DNA of 61,893 nucleotides from an uncultured Bacilli bacterium (GTDB lineage Bacteria; Bacillota_I; Bacilli_A; RF39; UBA660): NCBI GenBank assembly GCA_947628785.1, contig CANRBE010000001.1, positions 1 to 61,893 of the forward strand, read 5' to 3'. Shown piece by piece: positions 9,405 to 18,268 of this stretch (position 1 is its first letter; each line of letters starts with the position of its first letter). The notes under the pieces were generated by a model. It saw only the letters and a program-made list of their open reading frames with translations, ran no database searches and was not told where the DNA came from. The position numbers and the translations under genes were made by a program.

Positions 9405-9506
9405 ATGAAAAACACCGTTTCCTATGAAAGCGGTGTTTTCCTCTAACCAAAAATTTAAAGGGAAATACCACTTAGGTATGTCTCTTTTTTATGAAGTTTC
9501 CTTCAC
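9405..9506 (-). ncRNA. predicted ~100-nt sRNA, convergent to and overlapping the 3' region of the small-ORF transcript
   Basis: Bounded by a near-consensus promoter (9513..9541) and the hairpin plus T5 at 9440..9405. No ORF. Ends are predicted, not measured. Confidence 0.45.
9407..9440. terminator. bidirectional hairpin shared by convergent units of module copy A
   Basis: GAAAAACACCGTTTC-CTAT-GAAAGCGGTGTTTTC. There is a T run on the plus side (T4) and on the minus side (T5). Confidence 0.55.
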
Positions 9507-9512
9507 GCTTTA

Positions 9513-9541
9513 ATAATATCATATTTTCTTTGTTTTAGCAA
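9513..9541 (-). promoter_or_regulatory. near-consensus sigma-A promoter for the minus-strand sRNA
   Basis: Minus strand: -35 TTGCTA (9541..9536), 17-nt spacer, TGaTATTAT extended -10 (hexamer 9518..9513). Copy B has TTGTTA with the same spacing. Confidence 0.5.
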
Positions 9542-9595
9542 GTATTACCTTGTTATATTGTATGGTTTACTTGATTAATCATATTTTATTATCCT

Positions 9596-9625
9596 TAACA
9601 AAAAAGACATATCTTTTAATATGTC
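9596..9625 (-). terminator. intrinsic terminator of the alpha/beta hydrolase gene
   Basis: Minus strand GACATA-TTAAAAG-ATATGTC followed by a T run. The hairpin overlaps the TGA stop at 9624-9626. Confidence 0.55.
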
Positions 9626-10352
9626 ATATGTTAATTCTATTTTTCTTTTCATTAGGAGTATTTCTTAAAAAAGAATGAATTTCATCCATAACAATATCCT
9701 TTTTTTTACCCTTAAACATATCATGAGTAGCACCTTCTACAACTAAAAACTTTTTAACAGAAACATTTAACTCATCATATAATTTCTCACTACTACTTAT
9801 TGGAACAATTTGGTCATTAGTTCCATGAATAAGTAAAGTAGGACAACTTATTTTAGCTGGTAAATCTTGATACTCCTTAATTAATTTTTGAAATTCAAAA
9901 ATCATTGGTATAGGCATTTTAGTCATTCTAGATATGACTTCATCTTTACTGTAAGTTTTAATTATCTGAGGAGCTTTTTTAATCGAACCAAAAACATTTA
10001 TATTCCCATCTTTACTATCTAAAGCTTCAAAAGCTGGAGCTACTAAAACAAGCTTTTTTACCTCCTTATGTTTGGTTGCTAGTAAACTAGCAAGTACTCC
10101 CCCCATACTGTGACCTATTACATATATATCTTTATAGCCACTATCAATAAGCATCTTTATTTTCTCTTCACAAGCATTAACCCAATCCTCTTTTTTTACC
10201 TTAATTATAATACTCTTATCATGTCCTGGCAAAGTAAAACTATAAACATCAAGCTTTTTATCTAATTCCAAATCAAAGGCTAAATTTTCCTCATCATAAG
10301 TTCCACCAGCAAAACCATGAATCATCAAAACAGCTTTTCTAAATCTTATCAT
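9624..10352 (-). CDS. alpha/beta hydrolase (carboxylesterase/lipase-like)
   Basis: 242 aa with a GHSMGG nucleophile elbow, HG oxyanion motif (MIHGFAGG) and a C-terminal GATHD-type His. Confidence 0.8.
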   Translation of the reverse strand: MIRFRKAVLMIHGFAGGTYDEENLAFDLELDKKLDVYSFTLPGHDKSIIIKVKKEDWVNACEEKIKMLIDSGYKDIYVIGHSMGGVLASLLATKHKEVKKLVLVAPAFEALDSKDGNINVFGSIKKAPQIIKTYSKDEVISRMTKMPIPMIFEFQKLIKEYQDLPAKISCPTLLIHGTNDQIVPISSSEKLYDELNVSVKKFLVVEGATHDMFKGKKKDIVMDEIHSFLRNTPNEKKNRINI

Positions 10353-10395
10353 CTAACTACTCCTTTATTATCTATATTATATCAAATAATCATCA

Positions 10396-11100
10396 TTATG
10401 TTAAATATTCATCTAACTTAGTAAAAACATTTACAATATCATCATTAATTACAATGTCAGCTAAATAATCACTTGGTGTTTTATCTTTATTAATTATTAT
10501 TAAATTTTTACCTTTAAAATACCTAATTAAAGAAGCAGCTGGATAAACATTTAAAGAAGTACCCATAACAAGTAAAGTATCAGCCTTTTCAATATAATCA
10601 ATACTTTCTCTTACAATATCATCATCCAAAGCTTCTTCATATAAAACAACATCTGGTTTAATAATTCCCCCACATTTACATTTATAATCATTATTTAAAA
10701 TATAATCCAAATCATATTTAAAACCACAATTTAGACAAGTATTACTTTTTATCGTTCCATGTAACTTTAAAACATTAACACTTAAAGCATCCTCATGTAA
10801 AGTATCAATATTTTGAGTTATTATCGCTTTCACAATTCCTTTTTTCTCTAACTTAGCTAGTACTTGATGTCCAATATTAGGTTTAGCCTCTTGATGAACC
10901 ATTTTTTCCTTATAAAAATCATAAAAAACATCTGGTTTTTCCATAAAGAAATGATGACTTAAAATTTCCTCATTAGTTTTATTTTGATATAAACCAGTAG
11001 AACTTCTAAAATCGGGAATTCCACTAGCAGTTGACATACCAGCTCCTGTAAAGACAACTAAATTTTTACTATGTAATATAATATCTATAGCATCTAACAT
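10396..11100 (-). CDS. cobB: NAD-dependent protein deacylase (Sir2/CobB family)
   Basis: GAGMSTASGIPDFRS, QNIDTLH and a CLNCG...CKCGG zinc ribbon. 234 aa single-domain sirtuin. Confidence 0.85.
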   Translation of the reverse strand: MLDAIDIILHSKNLVVFTGAGMSTASGIPDFRSSTGLYQNKTNEEILSHHFFMEKPDVFYDFYKEKMVHQEAKPNIGHQVLAKLEKKGIVKAIITQNIDTLHEDALSVNVLKLHGTIKSNTCLNCGFKYDLDYILNNDYKCKCGGIIKPDVVLYEEALDDDIVRESIDYIEKADTLLVMGTSLNVYPAASLIRYFKGKNLIIINKDKTPSDYLADIVINDDIVNVFTKLDEYLT

Positions 11101-13352
11101 AATAAACCTCTTTTCTTTAAACTACTATCTATTATTTTATCTATAATATTAAAAATAGTAAATGAAACAATAAATAAAACTGCCACTAGTGATATGACTT
11201 TAAAATTAAAAGTCGCTAAAGATAAAAATCTTTTAAGTCCAACAGAACTTATTATAAAACCTAAAATCAAAAAAACAAGTAAACTTCCTCTTAACAAATT
11301 AAAAGGAATACACAATTTAAAAATCAAAATAAATCCTGTTATACCTACCATCATAATACATAAAGTAGAAGTTTGAATTTCATTTAGTCCTAATATCGAT
11401 GATAACAAAACAATAATCAAAACATTAATAACAATAGTTAAAGAAGCTGGGAGAGAGGTGGCTATAACTTTACCTAAAAATTTACCTTTAACTTTTTCAT
11501 CATTTGGTTCTAAAGCAAGTACAAATGATGGTATACCTATTGTAAAAATACTAGTCAAAGTAAGTTGTACAGGCATAAAAGGATAAGGAGCTTGAATAAT
11601 TAAAAAGATAACCGCCAATAAAAAAGAATACATAGTTTTAGATAAAAACAAAGAAGCTGACCTTTCCAAATTATTAATTGACTTTCTTCCCTCTTTTAAA
11701 ACTTCTGGTAAGGCATCAAAATTAGAATTTAAAAGAACAAGTTCACTAATATTTCTAGCAGCTTCACTACCACTAGCCATAGCGATACTTAAATCTGCTT
11801 CTTTTAATGCTAAAACATCGTTAACTCCATCACCAACCATTCCAACGACATGACCTTGTTTTTTTAAAGAAATTAAGATATCTTTTTTTTGCTCAGGAGT
11901 TACTCTTGCAAAAATATTTTTTTCTTTAACTAAGTTATTAATTTCATAATAATTAGACATATCAACACTATTTATATTATCAAGTCCACATCTTCTAGCA
12001 ATTCCTTCAACAGTTTTAACATTGTCTCCAGATATGATTTTTAAATCAACACCCTGTTTTTTAAAATAAGCTAAAGTATTAAGAGCTTCTTTTCTTATCA
12101 TATCTTGAAGTAATATAATAGCCATAACCTCTTCATTATGAGTCAAAACTATAGTCCGATACTTTTCTTCATACTTACTTAAATCAATTTTTTTATTTAC
12201 TTTTAAAAATTCCATTGCTCCGATATAGTAAGTTCCGTGATTTAAAAAAGTACTACCACTATACTTCTTTTTAGAAGAAAATGGTATTTGTTTAGTTTCA
12301 ACAAAATCTGTTTTTTCTTTAAAATAATTTTTTAAAGCTATCATCGTCGCATTAGTATCTTTCGAATAATAAACTATTGCATTTAAAGCTTTTTTACTAT
12401 TTTCTAAATCTTTTATATAAATAACATCTACGACTTCCATCTTTCCTTCAGTTAATGTACCTGTTTTATCTAAACATAAAGTATCTACTCTAGCTAATGT
12501 TTCAATCGCATGTAACTTTTGACTTAAAACTTTATATTTAGATAACTTAATTGTCGATAAAGCCATAACTGTACTAGTTAAAAGTATTAATCCTTCTGGT
12601 ATCATTCCAATTAAAGCAGCTGTAGTTTTAATTACCGCTTCTTCTATAACAAAATCACAAGCATACCACTGTTTAATAAAAACCAAAATACCTAAAGGAA
12701 GAATAACAAAAGATATAATTTTTAAAATAAAATCAAAAGTTTTTTCTATTTCACTTTCTTTTTTCTTTTCTTTTTTTACTTTAGAAGATATTTTAGCAAT
12801 ATAATTATTTTTCCCAACATTAACTACTTTGCAAGTACATATACCACTAGTTATAAAACTACCAGAATATAGATTGTCATTTTTTTGTTTATATATAGCA
12901 TCTTCTTCCCCTGTAATTAAAGATTCATTAACTTCTATTTCACCATCTAATATTTTAGAATCAACTAATATTTGGTCTCCATTTTGATAAACAATAATAT
13001 CATCTTTAACAATTTGGTCTTGATTAATAATATTTTCTTTTCCATCTCTTATAACTTTGGCTTTACTACTTACTAAAAATGACAATCTATCAATAATTCT
13101 TTTAGCTTGAATTTCTTGGATAATACTTATAATAGTATTTAAAAAGATAACTAGTAAAAAAGCTAAATTTTTATATGAACCAACTAAAAAGACACCTATT
13201 CCTAAAAAAAGATTTAAAAGGTTAAACAAAGTAATAGTATTTTCTAAAATAATATTTTTAATACTTTTTGTTTTAATATCAGCATTTTCATTATACAAAT
13301 TTTTTTTTATTCTATCATTTACTTCATCTTTAGTTAATCCATGATATTTCAA
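11094..13352 (-). CDS. cation-transporting P-type ATPase (HAD-IC family)
   Basis: DKTGTLT phosphorylation site, TGEE actuator motif, GDGVNDVLALKEADLSIAM hinge and multiple TM helices. Ion specificity is not assignable. Confidence 0.85.
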   Translation of the reverse strand: MKYHGLTKDEVNDRIKKNLYNENADIKTKSIKNIILENTITLFNLLNLFLGIGVFLVGSYKNLAFLLVIFLNTIISIIQEIQAKRIIDRLSFLVSSKAKVIRDGKENIINQDQIVKDDIIVYQNGDQILVDSKILDGEIEVNESLITGEEDAIYKQKNDNLYSGSFITSGICTCKVVNVGKNNYIAKISSKVKKEKKKESEIEKTFDFILKIISFVILPLGILVFIKQWYACDFVIEEAVIKTTAALIGMIPEGLILLTSTVMALSTIKLSKYKVLSQKLHAIETLARVDTLCLDKTGTLTEGKMEVVDVIYIKDLENSKKALNAIVYYSKDTNATMIALKNYFKEKTDFVETKQIPFSSKKKYSGSTFLNHGTYYIGAMEFLKVNKKIDLSKYEEKYRTIVLTHNEEVMAIILLQDMIRKEALNTLAYFKKQGVDLKIISGDNVKTVEGIARRCGLDNINSVDMSNYYEINNLVKEKNIFARVTPEQKKDILISLKKQGHVVGMVGDGVNDVLALKEADLSIAMASGSEAARNISELVLLNSNFDALPEVLKEGRKSINNLERSASLFLSKTMYSFLLAVIFLIIQAPYPFMPVQLTLTSIFTIGIPSFVLALEPNDEKVKGKFLGKVIATSLPASLTIVINVLIIVLLSSILGLNEIQTSTLCIMMVGITGFILIFKLCIPFNLLRGSLLVFLILGFIISSVGLKRFLSLATFNFKVISLVAVLFIVSFTIFNIIDKIIDSSLKKRGLLC

Positions 13353-13376
13353 TTTATCACCACCGTATTTATTTTA

Positions 13377-16184
13377 TTATAATAAGGGTTTTAAAAATTG
13401 TCCAGTATAACTTTTACTTTCTTTAGCTACTTCTTCTGGGGTACCTGTTATAACTACATATCCTCCTTTATCTCCACCTTCTGGTCCTAAATCAATAATA
13501 TAATCAGCTACTTTAATTACATCAAGATTATGTTCAATTACTAAAACCGTATCACCATTATCGACAATCCTATTTAAAATAACTAGTAATTTTTTTATAT
13601 CTTCACTATGTAATCCTGTAGTTGGTTCATCCAAAATAAATAAAGATTTACCTGTTGGCTTTTTTTGTAATTCTTTAGCCAGTTTTATTCTTCCAGCTTC
13701 ACCACCTGATAGACTTGGGGAACCTTGTCCTAATTTAATATATGATAAACCGACATCCATAAGCATTTGTAATTTACTTTTAATTTTAGGAAAATTTTCA
13801 AAAAAGACAATAGCTTCTTCAACTCGCATATTTAAAACATCATAAATTGTTTTTCCTTTAAATTTTATTTCTAAAGTTTCACTATTATATCTAGTTCCAT
13901 GACAAACTTCACAAGGTACATATACATCTGGTAAAAAATGCATTTCAATTCTTTTTACACCATCACCATAGCAAGCTTCACATCTTCCACCTTTAACATT
14001 AAATGAAAATCTACTTTTATCATATCCTCTTAATTTAGCTTCTTTAGTACTTGAAAATACTTCTCTAATATCATCAAATACCCCCGTATAAGTAGCTGGA
14101 TTACTTCTAGGTGTTCTTCCGATTGGAGCTTGGGATATATCGATTACTTTATCAATATAATCTAGTCCTTTGACGTTTTTATATTTACCTGGTTTTTCTT
14201 TGTTTTTGTATAAATTATTTGAAACTACTTTATAAATTATTTCATTAACTAATGTAGATTTACCACTACCACTTACTCCTGTTACACAAGTAAATGTTCC
14301 AAGGGGTATTTTGACATTTATTTTTTTTAAATTGTTTTCACTAGCTCCTTTTATCTCCAAATATTTTTTATTACCTTTTCTCCTTTTATCTGGAACATCA
14401 ATTTTTTTTCTTCCTGATAAATAAGCTCCAGTAATACTATTTTCACATTTCATAACTTCTTCTGGGGTCCCTTGAGCTACTATTTCCCCACCATGTAAAC
14501 CAGCCATTGGTCCAACATCAACTAAATAATCACTTTTAAGCATCGTATCAGTATCATGTTCGACAACAATTAAAGTATTACCTAAATCTCTCATTTCTAA
14601 CATCGATTTAATTAATCTTTCATTATCTCTTTGATGAAGTCCAATACTAGGTTCATCTAAAACATATAAAACCCCTGTTAATCTAGAGCCAATTTGAGTA
14701 GCTAGTCTAATTCTTTGAGCCTCTCCTCCAGATAAAGTACCAGCACTTCTACTTAAAGTTAAATAACCAAGTCCAACATTGATTAAAAACTCTAAACGAC
14801 TAGATATTTCTTTTAAAATTAAACTGGATATAGCTTTTTGTTCTTGGCTTAGTTTTAAATTGTTTAAATATTTATATAATTCATCGATACTTAAATTAGT
14901 AATAGAAAAGATATTTTTTTTACCAACATAAACTGATAATACTTGGCTATTTAATCTAGCTCCATGACATTCTTTACATGGTAATTCAGTCATGTAATTT
15001 TCTATCCAATCTCTAATCCAAGTACTTTTAGTCTCCATATATCTTCTTTCTAAATTAGTAATTACTCCTTCATAATTATCTAAACTAGTTCTTTTATTTC
15101 CATTTCTTGATTTATAATTAAATTCCATTATTTTATCGGTTCCATATAATATTATATTTAAATCTTCTTTTTTTAAATTTTTAACAGGAACATCTAAAGG
15201 TATCTTAAAATAATTAGCCACCGTTGTTATTTGCGTATAAATAATACTATCTTCTTCTAAATTAATCGGTTTTATAGCCCCATCTAAAATACTTAAATTA
15301 CGATTAGGAATAACTAAATCTTCATCGATTTTGTATTCAATTCCAAGTCCTTTACATCTTTTACAAGCTCCATAAGGGGCATTGAATGAAAACATTCTAG
15401 GTTCTAACTCAGGTAGGGAAAAATCACAATCAGGACATGCATAGTTTTCACTCATGACAATATCTTCACCATCAATTACTTTAATTACTACTTTTCCTTT
15501 AGATAATTTAGAAGCTATTTCAATAGATTCATATAATCTACTTTTAATCGAATCTTTGATAATTAATCGATCAATAACTACTAAAATATTATGTTTTTTG
15601 TTTTTCTCTAAAGATATCTCATCTGTTAATTCATATTCATTATCATCGATAATAACTCTAACATAACCATCCTTTTTTAATTTTTCCAACAAGTCTTTAT
15701 GTGTACCTTTCTCACCATAAATAACTGGTGACAAAACAAGTATTTTAGTTTTTTCTTCTAATTTAAGAATTTGATTTGTCATCTCTTCTATACTTTGACT
15801 AGTAATTGGATTATGATGAATAGGACAGTAAGGAATCCCAATTCTCGCAAATAAAAGTCTTAAATAATCATATATTTCCGTTACAGTTCCAACTGTACTT
15901 CTAGGATTTTTATTAGTAGTTTTTTGGTCGATACTAATCGATGGACTAAGTCCTTCAATACTGTCAACATCTGGTTTTTCACTACCACCTAAAAACTGCC
16001 TAGCATAAGCACTTAAACTTTCTACATACCTTCTTTGTCCTTCGGCATATATTGTATCAAAAGCTAGACTTGACTTGCCACTACCACTTACTCCAGTCAT
16101 GACAATTAATTTATTTTTGGGCAAGGTAATATCAATATTCTTAAGGTTATTTTCTCTTGCTCCTTTAATAATTATTTCTTCCAT
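13377..16184 (-). CDS. uvrA: excinuclease ABC subunit A
   Basis: 935 aa with two ABC ATPase modules (GVSGSGKSSLAFDTIYAEGQRRY; GVSGSGKSTLVNEI) and Cys4 zinc modules. Confidence 0.97.
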   Translation of the reverse strand: MEEIIIKGARENNLKNIDITLPKNKLIVMTGVSGSGKSSLAFDTIYAEGQRRYVESLSAYARQFLGGSEKPDVDSIEGLSPSISIDQKTTNKNPRSTVGTVTEIYDYLRLLFARIGIPYCPIHHNPITSQSIEEMTNQILKLEEKTKILVLSPVIYGEKGTHKDLLEKLKKDGYVRVIIDDNEYELTDEISLEKNKKHNILVVIDRLIIKDSIKSRLYESIEIASKLSKGKVVIKVIDGEDIVMSENYACPDCDFSLPELEPRMFSFNAPYGACKRCKGLGIEYKIDEDLVIPNRNLSILDGAIKPINLEEDSIIYTQITTVANYFKIPLDVPVKNLKKEDLNIILYGTDKIMEFNYKSRNGNKRTSLDNYEGVITNLERRYMETKSTWIRDWIENYMTELPCKECHGARLNSQVLSVYVGKKNIFSITNLSIDELYKYLNNLKLSQEQKAISSLILKEISSRLEFLINVGLGYLTLSRSAGTLSGGEAQRIRLATQIGSRLTGVLYVLDEPSIGLHQRDNERLIKSMLEMRDLGNTLIVVEHDTDTMLKSDYLVDVGPMAGLHGGEIVAQGTPEEVMKCENSITGAYLSGRKKIDVPDKRRKGNKKYLEIKGASENNLKKINVKIPLGTFTCVTGVSGSGKSTLVNEIIYKVVSNNLYKNKEKPGKYKNVKGLDYIDKVIDISQAPIGRTPRSNPATYTGVFDDIREVFSSTKEAKLRGYDKSRFSFNVKGGRCEACYGDGVKRIEMHFLPDVYVPCEVCHGTRYNSETLEIKFKGKTIYDVLNMRVEEAIVFFENFPKIKSKLQMLMDVGLSYIKLGQGSPSLSGGEAGRIKLAKELQKKPTGKSLFILDEPTTGLHSEDIKKLLVILNRIVDNGDTVLVIEHNLDVIKVADYIIDLGPEGGDKGGYVVITGTPEEVAKESKSYTGQFLKPLL

Positions 16185-16257
16185 AAAATCACCTACAAAC
16201 TTTGGTTATTGTATCACATTTTTAATTTTTTTTATATCCCAATTTTTTCCATTTTTT

Positions 16258-16286
16258 ATTATACACTACAAACATTTGTTTATCAA
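16258..16286 (-). promoter_or_regulatory. putative uvrA promoter with a palindromic AAAC-N4-GTTT element in the spacer
   Basis: Minus strand: -35 TTGATA (16286..16281), 17-nt spacer, TG-extended TATAAT (16263..16258). The spacer contains AAACAAATGTTT (16281..16270). Confidence 0.4.
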
Positions 16287-16292
16287 TATATT

Positions 16293-18206
16293 TTATTTTA
16301 ATATTTTTGTTTTTTCTTTTAATTGTTCATCTTTTTTTAGTTCTTTAAAATCAGCATTTAAAATTTTGACATTTGAAGAACATGTAAAAGAATATGGGCT
16401 TATTTTTCTAACATTAGGAAGATAGACTATTTTTATTTTTTTACTATAACTTAAAAAACCATCTTTTACTTCTTCTAGAGAAGGTAAATATAGTTTTTCT
16501 AAACTGTTATTAAGTCCAAAAAAAGAAGTACCAGCTATTTTTAATTTTGGTAAATATAATATTTTAATAGCTTTATTAGATGTCATAAATTGATCTTTTA
16601 CCATAATTAAATTAGGAGCTATCAATTCTTCTATAAAAGCACTGTCTAAAAAAAATGAACCAGTTTCTTTTAAATTAGGAAACCATACTTTTTTTAATTT
16701 TAAATTTCTAGCTAGAAAAAAATCACCAACTATTTCTAATTTAGGAACAATTAATTTATTTATTTTTTCATTACAATGTAAAAAATAATCATCTACTTTT
16801 TTTAAATTAGGTAAATTTAATTCTTGAATTTCAGTGTTAGACTTTAAAAAGTTACTTTTTATTTTTTCTAACTTTGGAAGTGTTAATTTATCTAGTAATA
16901 AATTATAGTTTAAAAATCGCTCTCCTACTTCTTTTAGGGAAGGTAATTCTAATTCTTTTAAAGAGTTATTAAAACTTAAGAAATCATTTTTGATAATTTT
17001 AGCTTTAGAAAGATTTAAACTAGTTATTCTTTTATTGTTAGTTAAAAATTTATTATAAATAATTTCTACTTCTTCTAATAATATATTTTCTAAAGTATCA
17101 TTGTGATAAAGAAAATAGTTACCAATTATTTTTACTTTGTTTAATTCAATATTTTTTAATTTGTTATTATAAAATAAAAAACAATTTTTTATTATTTTAA
17201 TATTATTATTTTTATAACCTACTATATTATTTTCTCTATCCAATGTTATTTTTATTAGTTCTTGATTTTTTATTTTAATATTAATTTGTTTTTGATTATT
17301 TATCTTATTTATATTTATTTTATTAATATCTTTTAAATCTTTAATAAATGAATCGTTTAAATTTTTATCATAAATATCTACGGTTTTATTAACTAAATCT
17401 AAAATAAAATAATCGATAATTAAGTATTTTTCTTTATCATATTTTTTTATTTTAAAATTATCGATGATGATATTATTAGAACAATAATAAATATTATTTA
17501 ATTCATAGTTATATTTGTAGTATTTTCCACCAACTAAAACATAATTAGGTATTTCAAAATTATCAGTAGGATGTTTTTCTTTTAAACCATATTCTTTTTC
17601 AAAAGCATTAGTTAAACCAGGTATTATATTATCTAAATTATTTGAAAATGTTGCATCTGGATTATCAACTGTATGGTTGTATCTATTTTTAATTGATAAA
17701 GTATGAGTTTTGTTTTTTATAAATTGAATACTTATGACACTGGTTCCATATAAATCTTCTCTATTTGGTTTTTTAAAGTCTTCCCTTTTTATCAAGTCAA
17801 CATCTTGTTTGACCGCAAAAAAAACATAACATGAATCTAATCGACCACCATTAAAAGTACATAACATTTCATCTTTTTTAAAATATTTTTTAAATTTATT
17901 TATATCTTCTTCGGTATGACATTCAAATAAAACATAACCAGCTTCTAATAAAAGTTCTTTAGGAGTTTTATTTACTTTAGTATCTATTCTTTTTACATTT
18001 AATAATCCATATATATAATTTTTAAATGAATTTATTAAATTTTCATTTACTATATCATTATATAATTCATGACTTACATCAAAGTGTTTTAATAGTAATT
18101 CAGGTAAAAGTCCTTTTTTTTCTAAAATAGTTGGAAATAAATCGCGACATAAATGGGACATTTTTTCTCCATATTTTTTCTTAATTATTTTTAAATCATC
18201 ATTCAT
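16293..18206 (-). CDS. leucine-rich-repeat protein (BspA-like LRR) with an unassigned ~300-aa N-terminal domain
   Basis: The C-terminal half is ~13 tandem units of about 22-23 aa (L.L..L..I...FL..N..L). No signal peptide or TM segment is evident. Confidence 0.7.
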   Translation of the reverse strand: MNDDLKIIKKKYGEKMSHLCRDLFPTILEKKGLLPELLLKHFDVSHELYNDIVNENLINSFKNYIYGLLNVKRIDTKVNKTPKELLLEAGYVLFECHTEEDINKFKKYFKKDEMLCTFNGGRLDSCYVFFAVKQDVDLIKREDFKKPNREDLYGTSVISIQFIKNKTHTLSIKNRYNHTVDNPDATFSNNLDNIIPGLTNAFEKEYGLKEKHPTDNFEIPNYVLVGGKYYKYNYELNNIYYCSNNIIIDNFKIKKYDKEKYLIIDYFILDLVNKTVDIYDKNLNDSFIKDLKDINKININKINNQKQINIKIKNQELIKITLDRENNIVGYKNNNIKIIKNCFLFYNNKLKNIELNKVKIIGNYFLYHNDTLENILLEEVEIIYNKFLTNNKRITSLNLSKAKIIKNDFLSFNNSLKELELPSLKEVGERFLNYNLLLDKLTLPKLEKIKSNFLKSNTEIQELNLPNLKKVDDYFLHCNEKINKLIVPKLEIVGDFFLARNLKLKKVWFPNLKETGSFFLDSAFIEELIAPNLIMVKDQFMTSNKAIKILYLPKLKIAGTSFFGLNNSLEKLYLPSLEEVKDGFLSYSKKIKIVYLPNVRKISPYSFTCSSNVKILNADFKELKKDEQLKEKTKILK

Positions 18207-18268
18207 TTAATCACCGTTTATTTATTATACTTTATTTTTTATTTTTGTAAAGAAAAAAATAACCTAAG

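Larger units (their letters stand above)
9036..9560. repeat. copy A of a duplicated ~0.5 kb intergenic module (copy B at 50798..51310, same orientation)
   Basis: Alignable by eye end to end with copy B. Segment 9200-9413 differs at a single base (C9244 vs T). The flanks carry scattered substitutions and 1-nt indels. Confidence 0.9.

Noticed and set aside
9216-9484. Inverted repeats flanking a structured region, considered as a retron msr/msd or a MITE
   Set aside because: There is no reverse transcriptase gene adjacent to either copy. The terminal similarity of the whole module is only about 7 nt, and no target-site duplication is visible. The promoter, SD, ORF and terminator grammar fits a small expression locus better. 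A MITE-like origin cannot be fully excluded.
10396-11100. Sir2-domain protein, considered as a defence-system effector (Thoeris/DSR/SIR2-HerA-like)
   Set aside because: It is a short single-domain sirtuin with the CobB-type Cys4 zinc ribbon and canonical NAD motifs. It is embedded among housekeeping genes with no partner sensor or helicase genes.
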